64,000 nt of DNA from Marsupella aquatica (Eukaryota > Plantae > Marchantiophyta): contig OZ316894.1 in the NCBI GenBank assembly GCA_973895155.1, forward strand, positions 9,709,440 to 9,773,439. Reading direction: 5' to 3'. Both the position numbers and the translations under genes were made by a program. The notes under the pieces were generated by a model that did no database searches, was not told the DNA's origin, and was given only the letters and a program-made list of their open reading frames with translations. Below are positions 12,243 through 22,810 of this stretch, one piece after another. The first letter of the stretch is position 1; the number at the start of each line of letters is the position of its first letter.

Positions 12243-13871
12243 TTTCTGCTGTTATTGTTGTCTTGAAACCAAAACCCATCCCTACAGAGGATAGGCTATT
12301 TACTCTGGAGCATGCAACTCTGTAGGGGAGCCACAATGGGGTCATGCCCAGCAAAGATTCTGTTGAATCCCTGCGTACAATTTTTGATTGCAATCATCCG
12401 TTCAGGCACATTAGGGGTGGCCGATTTTCTACATCGTACTTTCTATTGTTGTTGTTATTGTTTCCTTGAAACCAAAACCCATCCATCAGAGGATAGACAA
12501 TTATTTTACTCTGGAGCATGCAACTGTGTAGACGAGCCAGAATGGGGTCGTGCCTAGGGAAGATATTATCGAATCCAGCCTGAGACTATTTACTCTGGAG
12601 CATGCAACTCTATAGGGGAGTAATGGGGTCATGCCCAATGAAGATACTCTTGAACCCGACGTTGGATTTGACCATGGTCATCTGCTCAGGTGCATCAGGG
12701 ATGGCCTAATTTCTAAATCTAACTTTTTTTTGTTGTTGTTATTGTTGCCTTGAAACCAAAACCCATCCAACAGAGGATAGACCATTTACTCCAGGGCATG
12801 CAACTCTGTAAGGGAGCCACAATGGGGTGATGCCCAACTAAGATAGTGTTGAATCCAGGCGTAAGATTTGATCGTAGTCGTCCGTTCAGGCGCATAAGGG
12901 ATTGCCAATTTTCTAAATCTGACTGTTTTTTGCATTCAGTTGTGTCTTGAAACCAAAACCCATCCAACAGACGATAGACTATATACTCAGGAGCATGCAA
13001 CCCTATAGCCCAATCTGAAGGGGAGCCAGAATGGCATCATGCCCAGCGAAGATACTGTTAAACCGGCATAAGATTCGATCACGGTTGTCTGTTCGGGCGC
13101 ATTAGGGATTGCCAATTTTCAAAATCTGACTTTTTGTGCTGCTGTTGTTGTTGCCTTGAAACCAAAACCCATCCAACAGAGGATAGACTATTTACTTCGG
13201 AGCATGCGCCTCTGTAGGGTAGGCACAAGAAGGCCATGCCAAACAGAGATACTGGTGAATCCGGCGTCGGATTTGATCACACTCATCAGGCACATAAGGG
13301 TTGGCCAACTCTCTAAATCTGACCTTTTTTATTTTTATTGCCTTGAAACCAAAGGCAGACCCAAGAGAGGGTAGACTATCTACTCCAGAGCATGCCCCTT
13401 TGTAGGTTGGCTACAAGGGAGTCATACCCAAGGACCTGATAGGGACTAGAGCAGGAGGGAGAAAGGGTTAAACCAGAGCCCCAAAGAGTACCACCCATGG
13501 GTTAAAAAGAGAAATTTAGTTTTTTGGACCCTTTAATGCTTGTGAGTAAATTCACACATGTTCTCCCACTATGGTTGTTGGAGTTCATTTTCCATGCCTA
13601 GCTCAAGCACTATCCTTGTCTCACCACAGATGTAAATCGAGCAGACCTCCATCATACTTTATTACCCAGGTCTCGGTATCATCTGGTGGCAGTACTTCAA
13701 CCCAAATATTTTCAAAACAACCAACAAACTGAGCTCACAGTCAAGTTCATGAATGGGCTCAACAGGCAAGAGGCTTGGTCTAAAAATAACAGGATTGATC
13801 AGGTTTTTGCATTGGGCCATTATTAGGGGTTGAATGACAAAATGATGTACATAATGTTTACTAAACCTAAA

Positions 13872-16741
13872 CTTTATGAAGCCAGCTTGTGTCGCTATGA
13901 TCCATGCATATTGGAAGGATGGAAAGCTTACTACTAGGGCCTCCGCCGGCGTCATTAAGTTGATTCCTAAGAATGAAGACACGCAGGAGCTGAGCAATTG
14001 GAGACCTCTTACCATGCTTACCCTGACTGAGAAATTGATTGCAAAGCTGCTGGCCAATCGTCTCAAGGGGGTGGCAAGTAAGTTGGTGGATCCACAACAG
14101 ACGGGCTTTTTGGAAGGCCGTGACATTTTGGATAACCTGTTGACCTTCAAGATGGCTCAGGAGCATGCGCCACTTAGCAAGCAGCCACTTGTGTTCCTCA
14201 AACTGGATTTCACCAAAGCCTACGATCGGGTGGCTCATTCCTTCTTGTGGGCGGTGCTGAGGGCGATGAATTTTGATGAGCATGTTATTCTGCTTGTGCA
14301 GGGGCTTGTGGCAAATACTCAATCAAAAGTTCACATTAATGGGAGGTTCACGGAACCCATTCAGTTGGAGAGGGGGGTGAGGCAAGGCTGCCCCTTGTCC
14401 CCACTTCTCTTTGCTCTGTCGACTCAACCACTGATGGCACTCTTTAAGAAGCAACTGGAGGCAGGGCAAATACAAGGATTGAAAGTTGCCAACAACAACA
14501 ACATATGCTATCAACTGTTCGCGGACGACACGGGCCTCTTCTTGGCAGCAACGGAGAATGACTTTGTGGAAGCTAGGAAGACAGTGCAACAGTATGAGAA
14601 CATCTCTGGAGCTCTTTTGAATGTGCAAAAATCTAAGATTATACCGATCTACTTTACGAAAGGGCACTACCCAGAGTGGATGAAGAACACTGGATGTAGG
14701 TTCGCCAAGGAAGGGGAAGTTATTGAGTATCTGGGGTGCCCTATTGGGTATAAGGTGCGCCCGTCTCATGCTGCTGCTTTCCTGGTCGGGAAATTGCGTT
14801 GTCGGCTGAACCATTGGACTTATCGGAGTCTAACTATGGTTGGGAGAGCTATTCTGATGAAGCATGTCTTGAGGTCAATTCCAACCTATCACCTGATGAC
14901 ATTGTCGCTCTACAAGACTGGTTTTATGGAGATGGAAAAAATCTGTCGTCGCTTTCTATGGGGTCAGTCAGAAAACAATGGGTACAAGAAAGCCCTTATT
15001 GCGTGGAAGGTGATTGCTACACCAAAGGGCCAAGGGGGACTGGGAATTCAGCCCTTTGAAGAACAGGCTGAAGCACTAAAGATGAGGCATATCTCTAAAC
15101 TCATCACTGGTGCAGACAGGGAGTGGGTGACGATGGCACAGGAGATCATTAAGAAGTGCCTCAACTCTGGACAGGGCAAGAAGGAGCGAAGAAGGTGGAC
15201 TGTTACTGAAGCCTTGCTGCAGGGTGATGAGTTGAAGATCCAGGGCTCCCCTACACTGCGGGGTCTGCTTAAGGGTTGGAACAATGCGAGTAGCCACCTT
15301 CTTTTCAAGTTTGGACATGGGAAGCTTCCGTCCCATCTCTCCATTGAACAAGTTGTGCTATTGTACCTGCGCAACACCACGACCACGGCACAGCAGGGTA
15401 CGGACTTGAGGAGGTTTATGGCTAATCGTAGAATTAGGACACTACTCGATCTCAGGTCTCAGCTTGGCAGGTGGATCCCAGAGGATGAGATCTGTTGTCG
15501 GACCCGGAGCACTAGGAGGATTGGTAACGAAGCTTTCAGCATTTTCTATAGCAAGCTACAATGTTTTTCGGAAATTGCCAGGGTTGAGCTGCAGGACTGT
15601 GCCGGTTGGCAGTGGGACTGGGGGGGAAGAATAGAGGCTGGTCTTTCTCAACTAGGACTTGGAGCCAATGCACCCTAACCAGGGAGCTTGATGTCACTAA
15701 GCTGAACCGGCGTTGGGGACAGGTCAGCTCCTCACAGCACTGGCAGCAGTACTGGAAGAAAATCTGGGGAGGCTGGTCTTTCCCCAAGGTGAGATTCTTT
15801 CTGTGGAGACTGTTGAATCATGGATACTTCACCAATGGTAGGGCTAGTCACTGGGGAGTTTCGGATGGCTTATGTGCTAAGTGTAAAACTCATTTTGAGC
15901 ACACTGAGCACATGTTCTTCAGCTGTCCTACTATTATTGTTAGATGGGGAGAGGTCCAACGCCTTCTGCAACGTGCGGGAGATTGGAAGATTTCACAAGG
16001 ATCCTTGTATGAAGCGGTCATTACTGCTGTGCAGATGCATAAAAGGAAACCTGGCCCGGTGGTTTTGATTATGGAGATGTGCTCCAGCATTTGGAAAGAA
16101 CGGAATGACGCTACTTACTCTCAGTTTTTGGGTCGCCTCCCCGGTTGGGTCGTCCTTCGGCAAACTGAAACTCATCTCAAGGCTATGATTGACATCTGCT
16201 GTTCTGAGAAGAAACGAAGACAATTGTGTAGTGCTCTTGACCAACTCCAGGTTGTACTTAAACCATGGGAGACTGTCGATATGCCGCTTGCCCTTAACAC
16301 TAATGAAACTGAAGATTGATTGCAAGCTCATCATTGAGAGGGTTGTCGGGCGACAGCAGGGCGCCTGGCTTTGCACCAACCTCGTGGACTTTAAGGAGGG
16401 TAGGAGACTGTTTTTTAGGAACCTTACTAAGGTTGGCAGTAGGCAACGGATTTCTTTGGACTATAGAGTTAGTATTCAGCCACATCATAGGATCAACCCT
16501 AGAAGGGGACACCAACAGAATAGCAAGACTTTCACCAGGAGACGTGATTTGGTCCCGGGCAGGGGGGGTTTCAGGCCTCCTTGGCCGGATTAGGGCTTGT
16601 TTGTGGGGTGTGTGTGGTGTTTTGGCTTGGGTGTTGGGCCCTGTTTGTGTTTTTTGCCTGGGTGGCTTTCGTCCCCTTGCGTGATATGGACGGGTCTCTG
16701 CGCCCCTTTTTGTGAAAAAAAAAACAAAACAAAAAAAAACA
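13872..16741 (+). mobile_element. 5'-truncated L1-clade LINE (RT + zf-RVT), recent insertion
   Basis: A 12-bp TSD ACTAAACCTAAA lies at 13860-13871 and 16742-16753. The A-rich tail spans ~16714-16741. The element starts within ORF2, so the endonuclease and ORF1 are absent. Confidence 0.95.
13876..16319 (+). pseudogene. L1 ORF2 fragment: reverse transcriptase plus C-terminal zf-RVT region, one frameshift
   Basis: RT motifs NWRPLT, KLDFTKAYDRV, GVRQGCPLSP, LFADD and YLG lie in 13876..15678. CAKC..EHTEHMFFSC and IWKERN lie in 15606..16319. One extra G in the G7 run at 15620-15626 would join the two frames. Confidence 0.93.
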
Positions 16742-17358
16742 ACTAAACCTAAATTTGCAACTCCAAGAATTTTTTCCCTTCATATCAAGGAACTTGGTAA
16801 TGAGAAAGTCAGGCTAATCCTAACTAAGCGGTGACTATGAAGCTTTTCATCTCACTCGTACAGGACTGGAGTACTACAGTAGGTATTGATTTGTCACTGA
16901 CACCATAGCTGGAGGGACGGTACAGGACTTCTTGTCAGGGTTGAGGCTTCTGGACTGTGCAATGATGCCTTAGAGCTCACGGATGTTGTGATTCTGTAAG
17001 ATTATTCCGAATAACAGGGACTCGGGAGTGACCATAGAAGTTGAAAATTTGTTATCTGCTCTCCTTCTTTCTTTGCACTACTGAATGAATCGCCCATCAC
17101 GGTCTAAGGGTTTTGTCAAGTGCAATGCTCTACATTGCCTTCGACCATACGCAAACTGTTTCACGAAAGGTTTCATAAAAGAAGCAGTGGCCCGAGTGTT
17201 GTACAAAATCTAACTTATTGTCTTGATTCGAACTAGCAAGCAATTCTCCGGGAAGAAATCTAGAGAAGGTTTGTCTCGTAGAGTGCATCACTAGTGCAGG
17301 CACTCTTCTTCACGAGGTGGGTGCATTGTGCTGCTGTGGTGCAGGGTCAGCAGCAGAA

Positions 17359-17814
17359 ATGATCGTAGTCAGGGAAGCAATGGCGGAAGATATCCCTGTG
17401 ATTCATGAATTCAACCTTAGGCTGTCTAGCGAAACGGAGGACACGGAACTCGATGGAGAGCTTCTCCTTAAAGGCTTGAAGGCCTTATTCGCCGATCCGT
17501 TGAAGGGGCAGTACTTTGTAGCTGAGGACGATGATAAAAAGGAGGTGGTCGGCTGTCTTTCAGTCACGTACGAGTGGAGCGACTGGCGCAATGGCACCGT
17601 ATGGTGGATGCAGAGTGTTTACGTGAAGCTCACCTATAGAAAGAGAGGCGTCTTCAGATTAATGTTTGCCGACATCATGAAGAGGGTCAATGACGATCCA
17701 TCCACCAAGGGATTGAGATTGTACGCTAACAAATCGAATGCCTCTGCTCACAAGACTTACGAAGCCATGGGCATGAATGGAGACCATTACAACGTGTTTG
17801 AGATTATGAAGTAG
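17359..17814 (+). CDS. GNAT-family N-acetyltransferase of bacterial type, intronless domain
   Basis: Motifs YFVAE..VVGCL, TYEWSDWRNG.WWMQSVYV, the acetyl-CoA motif YRKRGVF and GLRLY..N..A..TYE.MGM are present. The first ATG is at 17359. An upstream ..gtgcag (~17344) could be an acceptor for a further 5' exon. Confidence 0.88.
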   Translation: MIVVREAMAEDIPVIHEFNLRLSSETEDTELDGELLLKGLKALFADPLKGQYFVAEDDDKKEVVGCLSVTYEWSDWRNGTVWWMQSVYVKLTYRKRGVFRLMFADIMKRVNDDPSTKGLRLYANKSNASAHKTYEAMGMNGDHYNVFEIMK

Positions 17815-18313
17815 AGAGACAGATTTTGTCATCTTACTGAGAATCGCTCTCTTTTTGTCCGTTTTTCGCAATGTAGATTCGCGCTTGGTGGTTCTCACAG
17901 AAACTTGCAATTCTTTGGGGAGAGACTCGTCAGCTATTCTTCAAGAACGAGGAGAAAGCAGAGACATGTTCATGTTTGAGACTGCTTCAGCCACTGTAGA
18001 TGCCAGAAAATTGAGCTCTCTGCTGTTGCCGAGAATGCAATGAAGAAATTGAAATTCAAAGATCATCGCTTTTGGATTCCTTCCTCCATAACAGTGAGGA
18101 TGGTGCTCGCGAGGAAGTTTCATTCTGGATGAGTGATTTGCTGCATTCGAACCTGTGAAATGGACTGTTCTCGATGCCGGATCAATAATTTCTGATTTAG
18201 TCAATGTGGCGCTTATTCCGTCTCCTAAACCTCGCTCCATTTTCCAAATCCTGTCACTTTTGCCGTGGTGAACTGTCTGTTGTCTGGTCTTCATGCGAAT
18301 TGGGATGTTCAAA

Positions 18314-18615
18314 GAGCATCTCCAACCCTACTGGGTCTGGTTAGTGTGGGTGTCAACCAACCCAGTAAACAAAGTGCTGAAATTCAGGTCCAACCCATTT
18401 TGGTTACTCGGAGTGTCAACCAACATCTAAACAAAATGCAAAAATTCAGGTCCCACCCATTTTGGCTACTCTGGGTGTCAGCCAACCCAGGAAACAAAAT
18501 GCAAAACTTCAGGTCCAACCCATTTTGGTTAGAGTGGGTGCAGTTAACAATGCAAAAATGTTTCCTTTTTTTGGCTGTTAACAAACCCAATAAACAAAAT
18601 GCAAAAATCCAGGTG
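18314..18615. repeat. ~65-70 bp degenerate repeats following a Harbinger-like end (GAGCATCTCCAA)
   Basis: aacaaaatgcaaaa.ttcaggtcc.acccattttgg is repeated 3-4 times. No matching right TIR was found. Confidence 0.55.
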
Positions 18616-20149
18616 CTTTGTCTAGTAGAACATCTTTTTAGTCAGGAGACCAGTTTCTTTCCATTGGCCCTGTGTCTGGGGAAGAAGGTACTGTAGGTTT
18701 GTTGCTGGGTCTGCTTACACACATTAGACTGTATATGAATCCACTGAGCTTTCTACTAGCTAGGGTTGTGGCGGTTTTCATTAGTAAGATTTGCCACTCT
18801 CCTCACCCTTGCGTGCAATGCCAGGAGACCAATTAAGATTTCAACTTCACTTCTAGACAAAAGTTGTAGTCCACATGCCCCTCATGCCTGAATTCATGAA
18901 AAACTTCAGGATATCAAAATGAATTTTGTAAAACTGGGGACCACTTTGGGGATTTATTTCCCAATATTTCAAAGGCGAAAGAAGTTTAAAGTGTATTTTA
19001 GTTTTGTCATTTTTATATCACTCCCGGGTGAGCTGGATGGTGACACAGAGTGGGGAGTGAAAGAGGGCATTCTGGAGAGAATTACACTCTCCAAAGCTTC
19101 ATAGAAATAGAAAGGAAAACAAAAAGACAGGATTTCAGACTTAAGATTCAAGGATAACAATAGTTTCAGTTAGCAATACCCTAGTTCAAGTTCTTGAAAC
19201 TCTGACAACATTTGAGTGCTGCCATGGTAAATGGAAAATGATGCTTGCATGGAACACAAAGTGTAACTACTGTATGCAACTTAGGTTGACTAGCAGCTTT
19301 TGATACCCTAAAGTGTCCCTTTTGATACCCTGATGGAAAGATGTTATTTAATATACTTTCCCTCAAACTCATGCTTCATTTGGTGCCTCTGTTGCGCATC
19401 TTTGGACAACAATTAAACTTATGGGCAAACGTGCTTACCCAGGGATGACTGTTGACTCTTGCAAGACAAAAAGCGACACAATATGACAAAAGAAGCACAA
19501 AAAGGAAAGGAATGGACTGCATGGAAACGTTTTTGGCAACCAAGTAGATTTAATGATAATTTCAAAACAAGAACCAACACTTACGAAGTCACTAATTTAC
19601 AGACATTTCAAAACAGTCATTTCTGGCTTTCTGATTGCAGATATCCATCAGAGTTATTTGTCATACTTTGTGATATCTTACTATAAAAACTCGAAAGAAG
19701 TCTACTCTTGAGGACCTAGGGTCTAGAGTGAAGCCTCTAGATCATAACCCCAGTACAGACAAAAATGATCATGAATCTCAATTAAAAAATACTTAAAATG
19801 AGGATTAACGAAATAACATAGAAATATTATTGTGTAAGAATTTTTTTCTTCATATCTGTTTACTTTCAAGGAACGGGTAATCGGGCTAGTATATCACACT
19901 ACACAAAGGCAGAAAACGCAAAAGGGGAGACAAGACTTTATGATCCATTCAAGCTCCTTTTTCTTGGTAAAGAACTCCAAAAAAATGATATTCAACAAAT
20001 CTAAAAATTTATAAGTGATAACATAAACAAAGAAACTCTGTAACAGGATATAATAACCAGATATGTGGCAGCATATTATTTGATGCATATGTGGCAGGAT
20101 CTGATTTGTCTAGGCCCACACAAGATTGATCCACTACCGGCACCGTCAT

Positions 20150-20970
20150 TACACCAGTGACATGTCAAGGGAGGGGCATGCAATTCGATTTACTGTGGTA
20201 AAAGTAGGTGAGAGACTTCTGACTATTTTCGTGTTCCCGTCATTTCCGTTACCATAGAGGCTCCATTAGAGTCATAACAGGCATGAAATGTCAGGGGAGG
20301 GGCATTTCTGCAACAGAAGAGGCTCGATTAGGGTGATTACACGCGTGACATGTCAGGGGAGGGGTACTTGTGCACACAGGAGCGGCTCGATTAGAGTGAT
20401 TACACGCGTGACATGTCAGAGGAGGGACATTTCTGAAACAGGAGAGGCTCGATTAGAGTCATTACAGGCATGACATGTCAGGGGAGGGCCATTTCTGCAA
20501 CAGAAGAGGCTCGATTTGGGTGATTACACGCGTGACATGTCAGCGGAGGGCCATTTCTGCACACAGGAGAGGCTCGATTAGGATGAGTACGCGCGTGACA
20601 TGTCAGAGGAGGGGCATTTCTGCAACAGGAGAGGCTCGATAAGGGTGATTACACGCGTGACATGTCAGGAGAGGGGAATTTCTGCAACAGAAGAGGCTCG
20701 ATTTGGGTGATTACACGCGTGACATGTCAGGGGAGGGCACACAGGAGAGGCTCGATTAGGATGAGTACACGCGTGACATGTCAGGGGAGGCAACAGGAGA
20801 GGCTCGATTAGGGTGATTACACGCGTGACATGTCAGCTTACGGGCATTTCTGCAACAGGAAAGGCTCGATTAGGGTGATTACACGCGTGACATGTCAGGG
20901 GAGGGGCATTTCTGCGACAGGATAGGCTCGATTAGCGTCATTATACGCGTGACATGTCAGGGGAGGGGGA
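20150..20970. repeat. Minisatellite, ~62-bp unit, about 12 copies
   Basis: TGACATGTCA recurs at 20346, 20409, 20471, 20533, 20596, 20658, 20720, 20774, 20826, 20888 and 20950. A detached copy lies at 20158. Confidence 0.97.
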
Positions 20971-22810
20971 TACAGTAGACCGTAGTCCGCATTACAGAGG
21001 GGACCGAAGGAGATGTCTGATGAAGAGGTCCCGTTTTTTCTCGTCTCTTCTGTGCTGCGTCTGGATTGCGATCTTCGCTTATGATTTGAAAAGTGACATC
21101 GCGAGACCGCCACGAGAGTAGGATCAGCAGGAGGAGGAGGAGGAGAAGACGGAGGAATTGCGAAAAGGTTAACGCATTGGTATGGAGGAGGCTGTTGAAA
21201 TTGGAGTGACGAACGAGTGAATTGGACTCCGGAACGGGAGTATTATTGTGGGTTGGAGAGGAGCGAGGAGAAGCGAAGCGAAGCGAAGGGCTTGAGTGAG
21301 AAGGCCAGAAGGATTTGGTGAAATGTGAAGGTAGGCGAGACGATCTTTTCGAATTTTGTTGCGTCTCTGTCAATGCATCCGTCGATATATCTCAATCATC
21401 CACACTGGCATTCTCCATTTTGATTCCTTCAATACCATCTTCAGTCAGTCAGATGCACTTCAAACGGATCACAATCTGGCGATTTGCAGTGTTCAAAGGG
21501 GCCTTCTCTTCGTGTTTCTCTCTGTCAGGCTCCCCCATTGCATTGAGACGATGCGATTTCTTCGGCAGTTGGTCGTGTAGGCTGGGAAAGGGATGGAATC
21601 TGTCGGTTTCCTGTGGTTGGGGCTCTCCCTTCGATACATGCTTTCCCATTTTTCGTACAAGGGGTGGCATGTTCAGCGAGAATGAGTGGGAGTCGTGCGG
21701 GTGATGAATAAGTACGGATTGTCGTCGTTCGTAATGCGGTTTGCATTGGGCTGGGGGATTTCTTGGGTGGCTTGTAAGTTGGCCCAGATTGTGTACTGTA
21801 GTTCTGGGTTTAGGTGCACTTCGTGTTGAGTGCAGCGTCCGTCGCCAGTGTAATTGTTGTGAGACGGATGTGGACGTGTTTAAGGCTGGCGTGCTTGAGG
21901 TGATCACGTCTCCTCACTATACAACCGTTCCTCTGGATATATTTCCCCCTTCAGGCACAGGTCTGTTGTGTGTAGCGAGGGGAAGAGGATCATAGTGTAG
22001 GTGAGAGCTATCTTTTCTCTTCTTTCCTACTTCCAAGATAAACGCTGGAAGAATTGGAAAACGTTTTCTTATTCAAGGGAAGATCACCATTTTTATCAGC
22101 AGGTATGGTGGCCTATACCCACGAGCAGGCACCCTAGACAAACTGAAGGATTTTTCTTCAGCCCTAGCATGACATGAAGGCCAAGGCCTTTTCCTTCGCC
22201 AGTGTGTGGTACAGCCTTTTGGTTTTGAATTCGGCGACCCCACCCCCATGCTAGGAGCCTTAGAGGAGCACATTTGCGTTCACTGTTGTGCATGTATGCG
22301 ATGCTGCTACCTTTTGGTCGACGAATCTGGTTCACTGTCCCCCAGGCGTCACAGAAATGGTGCTAGAGACTCGCTCAGTCGCATCTGGGGCCTTTCCGGA
22401 TACGATAGCATCATAAGAGTTTGCTTATCATATATTCCTTCTCTCCTGCCATTGTTTGGATGGAGAACTTGAGAGAGGGCCGCATGTCCAGAGTCGCACT
22501 ACATGGCGCAGGAGTGTTCGCTTTGATGTCACTATGTTTATAGCCACCAGTCCTTGGCCCTCTTCTGCGTCTTGACATTTTCGCTCTGATAATTTGGTGG
22601 TGGTGAGGAGCGAGGCGGGGTGAGGTTAGGGCGTCCTTCACTGCACCGGGTTCATCGGGGCCCAATTTGGATGTGATCCACGAACTCCTAACAATTCGTT
22701 ACCTTTTTTTGCTCACTTGTTTGCTTTCTGAAGTGAAAGAAGAGGAGCTTGGCAGTGACAGCGAGTGACATCTGTATTACGACGCAAGTAGCGGGAAGGG
22801 GGAGATAATC

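Larger units (their letters stand above)
9150..13490. repeat. Degenerate ~200-bp tandem array (about 9-10 units), interrupted by nested insertions
   Basis: Recurring unit ttgccttgaaaccaaaacccatcc..gaggatagactatttactctggagcatgcaactctgtaggggagccacaatggggtcatgcccag.gaagatactgtt...ttttctaaatctgacttttt at ~9570, 9760, 9960, 12260, 12465, 12745, 12945, 13150 and 13340. A partial unit lies at 9150. Confidence 0.92.

Noticed and set aside
20990-22700. Several 70-150 aa ORFs upstream of OTU
   Set aside because: There are no domain motifs. The region is more plausibly 5' UTR, intron or decayed TE.
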